Source: Octopus sinensis (taxonomy: Eukaryota). From it: a stretch of DNA of 64,000 bases. The stretch covers positions 11,718,001-11,782,000 of the forward strand of contig NC_043005.1 in NCBI RefSeq assembly GCF_006345805.1, in the 5' to 3' direction. Below are positions 37,190 to 49,372 of the stretch, piece after piece. Position 1 is the stretch's first letter. The number at the start of each line of letters is the position of its first letter. The notes beneath the pieces were generated by a model. The model was not told where the DNA came from, did not search any database, and worked only from the letters and a program-made list of their open reading frames with translations. The position numbers were made by a program, and so were the translations under genes.

Positions 37190-38010
37190 AAGTGACTGGA
37201 AAAATATACCTCAACAATTGGTACATATTATTTAATGAAATAAGAGAGAAACTGAAAGAATTTGAAATACTATTAATTCAATTTTCAAAACTGTAAAATT
37301 CGCAATGAAATGCGGCCAAGACCATCTCTTCACTTCTAGACAGTTATTGAAATGTCTAAAATTCAAATAGAAGGAACCGTAGGCGATAAATTCAAAAACA
37401 CTAAACATTATCTACTTTTCAATTCGTTCAATCTGAAAGACATCAGAGTAAGCGTCCCGTATAATTTAGTCACAAGGATCAGAACAATGGTACTCGACAA
37501 AAACAAGAGCGACGTAGTATTTGAAGAGCTTAAAGACACACTCCTGGACCAAAAATTACCCTCTGATTTTGATAGCTGATTGGATACAAGTAGTCAAAAT
37601 ATTTTATATAGAGATACTTAGACAAACAAAAGAAAGAAATGTCTCTTCTATATATCTCCATCTACAATGCTAAATACAGCTAAACCTACAATGTCATTTT
37701 CCAAAATGTACCCAAATTAAAAGTGTACGTCAAAATAAATGATATCTTACATACACTTACCATTAAAAGCTAAAGAACTAATGGTAAATGTTAACAAATA
37801 CTAAAACAATGATTGAACTATTCACGTCTTCGAAGAACAAACAGTAAAAAGTGTGAACGTTCCAAATGTGCCGCGTCTTTAAACTTAAAAGATGGATCAG
37901 AGTTATCTTTTAAATGGATATAATTTTTCATATAAAAAACAAAACTTTACTTGAGCATACGAAAACTTAATTTGTACAAATAGCCCTCAGTGAATATATT
38001 GATACATTTA
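37190..38010 (+). mobile_element. Highly decayed Penelope-like RT and linker fragment
   Basis: KIYLNNWYILFNEIREKLKEFEILL resembles the RYxDD region; TKHYLLFNSF..IRVSVPYNLVTRIRTMV resembles the PLE thumb; KCERSKCAASL resembles the pre-endonuclease Cys motif. Confidence 0.55.
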
Positions 38011-38269
38011 GTGATAAGAAAGATACATATTTTACAATTTTAGTCCCTGTATCAATATGTCGTCCTCCCATCGAAACAGCATAGTATAAATAAGGAAGTC
38101 ACATCTATACCAAAATGGCGACCACATCTCAATATGTATGTGGAGTCGACCCATATCAGGGTGGTCAAATTGAATAGGCAAAAATAGTACATAAGCCCAT
38201 CAAATGGAGATTATATCTGCAGTTTAAATGGCACAGCATTGTTACAATTTCTGTGAAATTGATTCTGCC

Positions 38270-38580
38270 TGAAAATTCTGTTACGGGTACAAGAATCTGC
38301 GGAATGCGTGGGTGCTTAAACGTTAGTTCAAGAGCAATAAATTCAGTTGACCGAGCAATTAAATACTCATCCTCGAAGACAGAGACACACCTGTAGCCAC
38401 TACACGCATTTTTCTCTCTCCTTGTTTCTCTACTTGCTTCTTTCTGTGTTCCTTTCTGTGGAAGAGCGTAGGCTCGAAACGTTAAAGACTTTTTTCAACT
38501 CCCGAGCGTTATACTAGTACATCTGTTTGTTTTCTACACTAGCTGTCTTCGTCTTTAGTTTTTTTCCTGCATTCTCCCCC
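38270..38580 (+). mobile_element. Interspersed repeat with PLE-like tail (gaagagcgtaggctcgaaacgtt..ctgtcttcgtc)
   Basis: Tail is related to the reverse complement of 63965-64000; ends at (TA)n. Confidence 0.4.
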
Positions 38581-38975
38581 GCCTATATATATATATATAT
38601 ATATATATTCTATTTATTGCATGTTACTTATACTTGCTTATTTATTTACTAGTATATTTTTACATTTTATCATGTGTACTGCTATCTCGTTCAGTGTTTA
38701 CTTTTTTCCTTTTTCTCACCACCTGCTTTCTTTTTCCTCCCTTCTCTAAATACTCATAAATTCCCTCAGCACGTGTATAACTTCAGATGTTAGATCTGTA
38801 ATAAAAAAATGAAATAAGCTGCTTCCTTGATGATCCACTGCTGTTAAGCCTCCAAACGTACACAGAACATGCACTACTGAGTTCCGGGCAAGTGGAATAA
38901 TGAAATGCATATAATCAACATCATTCTAACGATGACCATCACTTTCAATTTTTTTCAGGTATATTTTTCTGTCCA

Positions 38976-39407
38976 GGATCTTTTCGGTTTGAACAGCAGT
39001 TTTTAACATAATTTCTAGGTAACTAAAACATTTTAAACTTCGTATACTGGTAGAATATGTTTTTAAAACATCTTTTTCTCTTGGCTTTATTGAGAAAATT
39101 CAATGGTTTGTAAGATATTTGTAGTTTTTTTCTTCAATTTCTGCAACAATTTCAACCAATCAAATACGTCTATTGAGGTAAAAAACATTCTGTGCCATAT
39201 GAATATGTCCCTCGTTTAAGAAACAGATTGGGTTTATTTACATTTGTGAAGAAAAAAAGATACCCTTCCCCCACCCCAAACCCTAACCCTAACTAGCCCT
39301 AACCCTAAAACAGATTGAAATGTAATAGATCGATACTAGGGTCATAATTATGGGTGACAATTTCATATGACACCACTAGAAAAACTGCCGTTCACACCGA
39401 AAAGTCC
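38976..39407. mobile_element. MITE with approximately 29-bp TIRs and internal (CCCTAA)n
   Basis: ggatcttttcggtttgaacagcagttttt ... aaaaactgccgttcacaccgaaaagtcc; opposite-orientation copy at 60227-60647. Confidence 0.85.
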
Positions 39408-39620
39408 TCTTTTTTTTACACGGCATTAAAATGTTATATGAGGTTATTTGGTTTCTATTTCTAGCCTTATCGAATGACCACATAAAACATGCTTAGCTTC
39501 CTCACCATGTTTCAATGTTTGTAGAAGTATATTGTAAATGTGTACTGTAGACGGGCAGAGAGTGTTTATGCGTATGTATGTATGTATGTATGTATGTATG
39601 TATGTATGTATGTATGTATG

Positions 39621-39659
<39 letters not shown>

Positions 39660-39964
39660 ATGTGAAGCATGTGTCATAGAGTTTAAAGTATTTATTGATA
39701 ATTCAAAACAAAATAGTTCACCAGGCCGTTTACTTTGATGTTCATTATCGCTGTGGGAATACTGTGAGTAATGATGCTGTAAACGCTATCTAATGAGAAC
39801 TCTCAACTCCTACATAGTTATAACGTTTCGAAGTTGATTCTGTGTACTTGCGCATGCGTATGTGTATATATATGTGTGTGTGTGTGTGCGCGCGTTTGTT
39901 TTTATGGTATATGTGCCAATATGCATATGGTAGTGAGGGGCAAACTCTATGCGCGGATATGTGT

Positions 39965-40000
<36 letters not shown>

Positions 40001-40969
40001 TTGTATAATGACGACTCTGTCAGCTTAAATGAGTATTTAGAAGAGGAGGGAGAGAAAGAGGAGCTGGTGGTGGTGGTAGTAGTGGTAGAGGTGGTGGTGG
40101 TGGTGGTGAGGAGTAGGGGAGGAGGAGGGAAATGATGAGGAGGAGGAGGAGGAGGAGGAAGAGGAAGGAGGGAGGGGAATAATGGTGAGGAGGAGGAGGC
40201 GGAGAAGGAGAGGAGGGGAATAATGGTGAGGAGGAGGGGGCGGATGTGGAGGAGGAGGCGGAGGAGGCGGGGGAGGATGAGGTTAGGAATGAACCATTAG
40301 GGACTCTGAAATAAAAACCATATAATTCTGTCCTTTATTTTAATGTATTGCGGTGTTTCCTAAAACATTTCCGACCTAGACTTTAGCTTATTCGGGATAA
40401 TACAATATAATTCAATTACATTATCTGCTGCTTAATGGACACAGTCATACGTATTTGTTTTGTTTAGCCCTAGGACAACCCTAATATAGCAAATCTGTAT
40501 TCAAATAACTACCAACTGCATTCATCAACTCCTTTATTGAGTGTGAAGGACTAGATTACCTAATGCTCCTTTTTCTTATAAATCGTTAAAGTGAAACACG
40601 AGGGAGATTTTGCTGCTATTTCTAGCAGATCGGCTAATACATTTAGATTCTTGTTGGTTTGCCCGGCACATTAGAAGTATGCAGAAATGTATGGCTGAAT
40701 GGTTAAGGTGTTATGTAAGGATCTGCTCAGTGAGGGTTCTATGTTCGTGTGCGGTAAAATTCTATAACCTCGACAAGACGATAAATTGGAAGCGTAATTT
40801 CGATGAACAGAAAATGTGCAGAGACCCTTTTCTGTATGTATGTGCATGTATGTGAGTGTATGCATGTGTGTATTCATATGCACGCACATACGCGCACACA
40901 CATGCACACAAATATATGTGTGTAAGTAAATGGGGAGAAAGAGTGAGACATGAATATGTGTATATGTGT

Positions 40970-41368
40970 ATGGGCCATACGTCCCCTGCCCAATTCAAGA
41001 TCACAGCATACATGTACACTGCAACATAATTTCTTTTCCTCAACTGGCCCTGCCCTATTCAACATTGTCCCGAGGGAGGTCAAAGAAGAAAAGGATCCCA
41101 TCAACTTTAAACGGAGTCTGGATAGATTCCTTCAAAGAATACCAGATAAACCACCCATAATTGGATACAACTCACCCAACAAGAACTCACTACTTGAACA
41201 AAACTGGATACAACTCACCCAACAAAAACTCACTACTTGAATGGACAATAAACAAAACTTGACTTAAACAGGATTCGAATAATCCTATCAGGTGGTGCTA
41301 TTAAGTTAGACATGGCCTGGACCAATCTTTGGTCGAAACATATCTAAGTTTATCTAAGTCTAAGTTTA
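40970..41368 (+). mobile_element. CR1-group LINE 3' fragment
   Basis: HNFFSSTGPALFNIVPREVKEEKDPINFKRSLDRFLQRIPDKP..GY..NKNSLLE; 3'UTR stem-loop gacc-aatcttt-ggtc; (ctaagt)n terminal repeat. Confidence 0.8.
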
Positions 41369-41537
41369 TATGAGTGTACATGTGTTTATGTTGTTGATCA
41401 TGTCACGTGACTTAGCAGTTTGACGAATATAGAAAGAAGTACCTAATTACAAAGGTTTGGGAAGAAGGTGTAACAGGTATCAACTCTCATATCAGCGCAT
41501 ACCTTTTAATAAATTGCTACGCATCGTGTATATATGT

Positions 41538-41756
41538 TACTCTTTTACACGTTTCAGTAATTTGACTGCGGCCATGCTGGAGTACCACCTTTAGTCGAAC
41601 AAATCGTCCCCAGGACTCATTATTTGTAAGCCTAGTACTTATTTTATCGGTTTCTTTTGCCGAACCGGTAATTTCGGGGACAGAAACACACCAAAAATCA
41701 GTTATCAAACGATGATAGGGGCCAAACACAAACACAAAGAAACACACACATAAATA

Positions 41757-41820
<64 letters not shown>

Positions 41821-42013
41821 ATAAATATTAGGGAATAAATCCAAATTTACAGGGAAAAAATCAGATTTAGGATTAAATCCAATTTTATAGTAAAATATTA
41901 TAAAATATTATTAGAGACAAAACCACTATTTTGCAAAACTATTTATTAAAATTTTATGTATTGATTAAGTCTTTCCTTGTTTGTTTTGCAAAATAGTGGT
42001 TTTGTCTCTAATA

Positions 42014-42044
<31 letters not shown>

Positions 42045-42104
42045 GACGGGCTTTCAGTTTCTGTCAACCAAATCCACTCACAAGGCTTTGGTCGGCCCAA
42101 GGCT
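41538..42104 (-). mobile_element. SINE family C interrupted in its internal (TA)n by an inverted PLE-like insert
   Basis: Tail 41538-41810 and body 42045-42104 are collinear with intact copies (44880-45295). Confidence 0.7.
41821..42021. mobile_element. Second inverted pLTR-like pair of the HHR-3 family (hammerhead not included)
   Basis: ataaatattagggaataaatccaaatttacaggg matches 15668 onward; 39-bp arms at 41901-41939 and 41983-42021. Confidence 0.75.
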
Positions 42105-44802
42105 TTCTCCACATTACCTCGATGATGCAAGACTCTATTGGCATATATATATATATACAACGGGCTTGTTAGATTTTCCGTCGTCTTAAATCACTCACAA
42201 ATCTAATTGAGTAGTTTGGAATTCTTTACTGCACAGTTTGGATTATGAGTTACTAACGTAGCTTTATCCACGGTCAAAAATTCTTTCAATGGTTTTCTCG
42301 GTTTTCTTGAACCACAGCGGTATTTTAAATGTTTTAGTTTGCACTGGCCTAAGTCGTGTATAAACGATATGGCTTAATGCACATTATATAGAAACGGAAA
42401 TAGCTCTCTTGTTAGAAATTGTATCTTTACTGCCATTTACAAACCTACGTAATTGCATTAACCTCTAGTGCTGCACAATCTTATTCAAAAGCGACTTCAT
42501 GCACCACTAAACAGAAAGAAATATACCTTTGATAGTATCATTCAACACAGAAAAACAAATGTTTTAAATTTAAAGATTAATCATGCGTTCTTTAAGACAC
42601 GCGACTATTTACTTTCGGCTTGAATATTTAATTATCTTTTGTGACATATTAATAATTTACTTGGTGTTATAAATCTCATCATGAACCACGAAAACTTTAA
42701 GTCTTCGAATTAGACTTCGTGTTGATTCCCTACTTTATTTAATCCTCCGTATCCTACCATCGCCTTAAATTTTGTATTATGTACATAACACTGCTGGTGG
42801 CATAAAGAGAAATAATTTACGTTGAGATTGTTGGCACTGCAAAAGTATTTCTAGGAAATGAGGGAAGATTTTTGATGTGTGAATGTCATGTTGGTCCAAT
42901 GATTATCGAGCATATATTCCATATGACAACAAGGTCTTCCACTGTCAGATGTTTAATTTCTTTTACTTACGTTAAATAAATTTATATGGTTCTGCATAAT
43001 ACAATTATATATTTCGTGTTGCTAGTTCTCTGATGCGGTCGTATGTTATGTAAAGTATATATATAGAAATTCCTATACAGGAATTGTATCAACTCAGTAA
43101 ACATGAATAAATTTGACTCTGAATGAATAAGCGATTGCATTTCAAAATTAGATAAGCCATATGTTTGGAATTTTGTAAGGGAAGTAATTGTATCATAACA
43201 TACAAAAGAATGGAAATCGAGGAAATTCATCGATTAATGTATGTATACCTTTAAATCTATTGAGAAACAAATGGGCACGTAACTTTTATCGGAGGTAGAT
43301 CTTTCAGGTTTAATGTTATGGCATACATGGCAATTTGTGGAAACCTACCGTAAATATTCGATAGAAAACTGAACATTATGTAATTTAACAAATGACGTGT
43401 CCTTATACTAGGGTTTAATTAGGAATTATGTAACAATCTAAATCCATAGTTGTCGAAATAGTTGCACAAATACCAGACATATTAAGTAAAAATTCTCGCG
43501 AGCTAGATGTATAGTTTGTAGTTTCTGTGTTGTAGGAGTTTATCTTTTATTTCGTTAGTTTTCAAACATTAATCAAAGACACCTTTGATTTGTTTCTAAA
43601 TTAACATGTTTCCCTTGGAAACGTTTCTATATTCCTGCATTAGCTTCTTTTTCGAAAAAAAAAAAAACGGTAAGAGTTGTTGTTGGCTTTTTTTTTTTTT
43701 TTAAAAATCATTTCAGAATCTTTAGAAAAATGCTACAGGCCAATCGTCTTGGCATGATACTGTGCAATACTTTCCTTAATAATTTCTGTTTTCATAGTAA
43801 AAGTCGAATTAGTATCGACTGCAACCATAGTTGTTCATTTCAGATAATTTTTGATAGGATCGATATCACTTATAGTGTAACAACATGATTTTCGTATGAG
43901 ACAGTCCATTTATGCATGAAATAAACCTGGATGTAAATCTCCATGTAGAATTAAGAAGTTAGTAGGCGTCAGAATACATTTACAATTATATTTGCCTAGA
44001 TGCAGATTACTAAGACCATTAGCATTAAAGAAATTTAGTATCGGCATCCGATTGTGTATAATGATTAAGCAATAAAACGAAATGATAATATCCAAATGTA
44101 AATAGGTACCCTTAAGACTATTTTTGTTATATATCATTCATGATGTGTTGAAACCTAGATAGTAAGCCAGTAATAGCCACAGACATTCGTAACAAGTGAT
44201 ATAGATTCCTATATGTAGGGAGTCTGTTTAGGGACTTTCTGTACGCATCATATCATCTTGGTTAAAAGCACAACCTATGTGAATTCTATTATACTATTGC
44301 AATTATATCATTATCCGACTCATCTCTATGGAAACTGATTGAAATCCAAGCTCATTTTACAGATTATTTGTGCAAAGTCTTCTACTAGGATTTTTTTCTT
44401 ATCAGTTCACAAGGGAAAATTTGCTAGTTCCATCATCTTGTCTTAACCATTACTCCTTCCTCGTTTGTACTGCCCATGAATCTGATTATGCTCACAATAT
44501 CAGCCGCTGATGTGAAGAGTTCACCTGTAGTTTCTGTGGGCAGTTTCTGCAGCGATCCAATATTTATGAAGAGCTTGTACATAGCGCGTTTTTACTATTA
44601 CTGAACCTTGCAGTAGGTGGCTCCTTACTTGGATATCAATCATCACGCGGAGATTAGCAGGGGAGAAAGACGGATATTTTTTTTAAATGGAGGACAAGAG
44701 AGACTAATAGTAAGGTTGAAAGGTAAAAGAAGGGGAGAAAGGTAAAAGAGAGAGGGAGTATGTGTGAGAGAAAGAGTGAGAGGGCGTGTGTGTTGTGTGT
44801 GT

Positions 44803-44844
<42 letters not shown>

Positions 44845-44879
44845 AAGAGTGAGAGAATTCGACCCAATATTTGACTTGA

Positions 44880-45047
44880 CGCAAGAGTGGCTGTGTGGTA
44901 AGTAGCTTGCTTACCAAACACATGATTCCGGGTTCATTCCCACTGCGTGGCCCCATGGGCAAGTGTCTTCTACTATAGCCTCGGGCCGACCAAAGCCTTG
45001 TGAGTGGATTTGTAGACAGAAACTGAATGAAGCCTGCCGTATATATG

Positions 45048-45084
<37 letters not shown>

Positions 45085-45295
45085 ATGTTTGTGTGTCTCT
45101 GTTTGTCCCCCCAACATCGCTTGACAACCGATGCTGGTGTGTTTACGTACCCGTAACTTAGCGGTTCGCCAAAAGAAACCAATAGAGTAAGTACTTACAA
45201 AGAATAAGTCCTGGAGTCGATTTGCTCGACTAAAGGCGGTGCTCCAGCATGGCCGCGGTCAAATGACTGAAACAAGTGAAAGAGTAAAAGAGTAA
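44880..45295 (+). mobile_element. tRNA-derived SINE family C, full length, with internal (TA)n(TG)n
   Basis: Head gtggctgtgtggtaagtagcttgcttaccaaacacatgattccgggttcattccc, CORE-like gggcaagtgtctt, tail gtcaaatgactgaaacaag. Confidence 0.85.
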
Positions 45296-45750
45296 TACTT
45301 CATTTTAATCGACACCGAAATAGCGAAAGACAAAGTTGTCCAGGGTGAGATGCGAACGTAGGACCCAAAGAGAAGAATCAAATATTTCGAGGCATTTGCT
45401 GGACACTAAAATGATTCGAACGCCAACCACATACGTTCTATTTTATCTTCTCTGACTTCTTTTTCAGAAATTATAATCAGTTTAGCTAACCAGAAACTAA
45501 CTGAAAGGGGTATATATATATTTGCATACCAAGCCTTCGTCGACGGCGTGATTAAATAATGAACAAATGTTTATGCTCAACGCAGCATGTATAAGGTACA
45601 TAAAAATGTTTAGTAAATAAACTATTACCTTTTTTAAAGCCTTCGCTGTAAAACTTTGAATTTTGATTTAAATAACATTTGTTATAAAAACCTCCCTCTT
45701 ATGTGTAATACACATATACACACACATATATACACATATGCACTCATACA

Positions 45751-45782
<32 letters not shown>

Positions 45783-45792
45783 CAGAGACATT

Positions 45793-45830
<38 letters not shown>

Positions 45831-45870
45831 TGTATGTATATATATATATATATGTACGTATATGTATATA

Positions 45871-45914
<44 letters not shown>

Positions 45915-45963
45915 TGTTTAAGTAGTTGAATGAATTATCCTAGTATGGATAATTCAGTTATAT

Positions 45964-46025
<62 letters not shown>

Positions 46026-46544
46026 CATGTATGTATATGTATGTATATATATATGTGCATGTGTGTGTTTGTATGCGTGTGACTGTGTTCTGGCATCCTA
46101 CAAAAAAGTGTCGAGAAGCGTAGTTATCTTAGGAAAAGGTTTGTTTTACCATTAATTTGAATGATTTATTTACCTCCCCCACCCCCTTAAAGTTAACAAC
46201 ATATTGAAAAATCAAATAAAATATAGAACCTCCATTTTGTTAGTCCAGAAAACAAATGAGCTTAACGAGAAACTTGCGGTAAATAATAAATAAAGTACCT
46301 AAGATTAATCGCTTTCAGAAAATAGTGATCATCAATTTTACTGTAGACGTAATTCTTGAGCATTTTTAAATCCTTAACTATCTCTTTTTATATAATGCAA
46401 CAGTGTTCTCTAAAGGAATACAACACTGGCAACTGTTTATATTCTTGCGTTAAATTCTGCTTTCTTTACTTTCAGTATTACTCTGACATATAAACATACG
46501 TGTTTATGTAATTCGTATATGACGAAATGTTTTTCTTAACTACT

Positions 46545-46920
46545 AATGGCCCAGTGGTTAGGGCAGCGGACTCGCGGTCATAGAATCGCAGTTTCGATTC
46601 CCAGACCGGGCGTTATGAGTGTTTATTGAGCGAAAACACCTGAAAGCTCCACGAGGCTCCGGCAGGGGATGGTGGTGATCCCTGCTGTACTCTTTCACCT
46701 CAACTTTCTCTCACTCTTACTTCCTGTTTCTTTTGTACCTGTATTTCAAAGGGCCGGCCTTGTCACTCTCTGTGTCACGCTGAATATCCCCGAGAACTAC
46801 GTTAAGGGTACACGTGTCTGTGGAGTGCTCAGCCACTTACACGTTAATTTCACGAGCAGGCTGTTCCGTTGATTCGGCTCAACCGAAACCCTCGTCGTCG
46901 TAACCGACGGAGTGCTTCCA
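46545..46920 (+). mobile_element. SINE family B
   Basis: Reverse complement of 8750-9126. Confidence 0.85.
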
Positions 46921-46980
46921 CCATTAAAATATCAACTCCTAATTCAAAATATCAAATCCATTGTAAGCATTGCTTTATAT

Positions 46981-47395
46981 CTATTTCTTTATTGCCCGCA
47001 AAGGGCTAAACACAGAGGAGACAAACAGGGACAGACAGACGGATTAAGTCGATTATATCGACCCCAGTACGTAACTGGTACTTAATTTATCGACCTCGAA
47101 AGGTTGAAAGGCAAAGTCGACCTCGACGGAATTTGAACTCAGAAGGTAAAGACAGACGAAATACCTATTTCTTTACTACCCACAAGGAGCTAAACACAGG
47201 GAGGACAAACAAGGACAGGTAAACGGATTAAGTCGATTATATCGACCCAGTGCGTAACTGGTACTTAATTTATCGACCTCGAAAGGATGAAAGGCAAAAT
47301 CGACCTCGGGGGAATTTGAACTCAGATCGTAACGGCAGACGAAATACGGCTACGCATTTCGTCCGGTGTGCTAACGTTTCTGCCAGCTCGCCGCC
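46981..47395 (-). mobile_element. SINE family A, head plus two full body units
   Basis: Units delimited by ctatttcttt at 46981 and about 47165. Confidence 0.85.
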
Positions 47396-47562
47396 ATGCA
47401 TTGCTTTATATCACGAATCTCAATGCTTCATTCTACAATCATTCCGATTCAGAAAAAAATGTGCTAAGATTTGAAATTGTAAGAAAGTTACCAATGATAG
47501 ACTGATCTGCTCATGTGATGGCGGATGTAACTTTCACCGTTTAACGATATGTGCTTAAAAAG

Positions 47563-47984
47563 AAGGCGGTGAGCTGGCAGAAACGTTAGCATGCCTGACA
47601 GAATGCTTAGCGGTATTTCGTCTGTTTTTACGTTCTGAGTTGAAATTCCGCCGAGGTCGATTTTGCCTTTCATCCTTTCGGGGTCGATAAATTAAGTACT
47701 AGTTACACACTGGGGTCGATATAATCGACTTAATCCGTGTGTCTGTCCTTGTTTGTCCCCTTTGTGTTTAGCCCCTTGTGGGTAGTAAAGAAATACGTAT
47801 TTCATCTGCCGTTACGTTCTGAGATCAAATTCCGCCGAGGTCGACTTTGCCTTTCATCCTTTCGGGGTCTATAAATTAAGTACCAGCTACGTACTGGGCT
47901 CGATGTAATCGACTTAATCCGTTTATCTGTCCTTGTTTGTCCCCTCTGTGTTTAGCCCCTTGTGGGTAGTAAAGAAATAGGTAT
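47563..47984 (+). mobile_element. SINE family A, head plus two full body units
   Basis: Head-to-head with 46981-47395. Confidence 0.85.
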
Positions 47985-48616
47985 ACTAGAGATGTTGGCT
48001 CTATCCGACCTTTTCTCATGCTTACCAAATGTTTTCGAAACTAGATCATAGCTTTAGAATGCTGGCAGCTTATCTCCCGTTCAATGCATGTATTGTTAGT
48101 TAATCTATAAGTAGTTAAATCGCTATCCATCGACAAAGCTTGTATTTAGTCGCCCGGTCTGCTTTCCCACAAATATTAACTTCGGTGTTTATAAAGGGTG
48201 AGGAAACATCAGATAAAATAGATTTAGGTTGAATGCCTGCGCAACAAAACAAAAAATGTTTACAGCCTTGTTGCCCTTGAGTATAGGTCGGGTCTTTTAT
48301 GATTATAGTAGCAGCATAGCCCGCCATTGCCCGAGTATGTAAGAGCCCCTGGAGCAGACATGATGCTCCCTGTGAATTTAAACAAATTCCTGCCAATTTG
48401 AGAAAGATATTGTCGAAAATGTCATCTTGAATTTGAACGCGATTTCCCAAAATGGCATGATTTTATCGATTTTTTCTGATGGTAAGGTATTGCATGGAAA
48501 ACTAACGTCAGAATTAAGTTTCTTAGGGTAACATTAAGCTTCACTATGAGTTTTGTGAAAATCGATTGCAAGTTGCGAAAACTACAACAGAAAATGTGTT
48601 GCAAATAAAAAGCTTA

Positions 48617-48820
48617 GATTCTCGACCCAATGTCGAATTTATTGAATTTTTTCAGAACTGGGGCAACTTTACAAAATTTTCCCTGTGTTAGGTTTGAACT
48701 ATGACATTGGGCTATGTGTGTGTCAAGTTTCATCAGAATCGGTTGAAAGCCGTGGTCAGGGTGAGGGTACAACCTGACAGACACACAGACAGACAATCTG
48801 CCGTTTATATATAGAGAGAT
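48617..48820 (+). mobile_element. 3' half of the Helitron-like family
   Basis: Aligns to 24203-24416. Confidence 0.6.
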
Positions 48821-48885
48821 AATCTCCGTCAAGAAATAAGTGAAACACTACAAAGCCAAAACAATAACTGTTCGGTTCTATATTT

Positions 48886-49013
48886 ATGAGATGAGGAATT
48901 ATGTACATTGTTTACATTATTTACATTATTTAAGCTGGAGGATATATCAGCAGAAACGTTGTGTTAACAACAAACAAGATTAGGACAAGTATCCGTCAAA
49001 TGTAAATAATGTA
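48886..49013. mobile_element. Short inverted pLTR-like fragment with the 3' half of a hammerhead
   Basis: Arms tacattatttacatt (48913-48927) and aatgtaaataatgta (48999-49013); gctg-gaggatatat-cagc-a-GAAACGTT-gtg at 48934-48963. Confidence 0.5.
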
Positions 49014-49372
49014 GGCGTAGGAACTGCTGTGTGGTAAGTAGCTTGCTTATGAACCACATGTTTCTGGGTTCAGTCCCCCTGCGTGGTACCTTGGGTAAGT
49101 GTCTTCTACTATAGCCTCGGGCCGACCAAAGCCTTGTGAATGGATTTGGGAGACGGAAACTGAAAGAAGCCTGTCGTATATATGTAATTCTATATATATG
49201 TATGTGTGTGTTTGTGCCCCCCAACACCACTTGACAACCGATGCTGGCGTGTTTGCAGGGACGTAAACACGCCAGCATAAGTCCTGGGGTCGATTTTCTC
49301 GACTAAAGGCGGTGCTCCAGCATGGCCGCAGTCAAATGACTGAAACAAGTAAAAGAGTAAAAGCGTAAAAGA
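49014..49372 (+). mobile_element. SINE family C with internal deletion
   Basis: Head and tail align to 44880-45295. Confidence 0.8.

Noticed and set aside
38459-38489. Hammerhead-like gtggaagagcgtaggctcgaaacgtt
   Set aside because: Core reads TGGAAGA rather than CUGANGA and no helix I partner was found; at most a relic or variant.
41320-41345. gacc-aatcttt-ggtc-GAAAC resembling a hammerhead 3' half
   Set aside because: No CUGANGA upstream; better explained as the CR1 3'UTR stem-loop.
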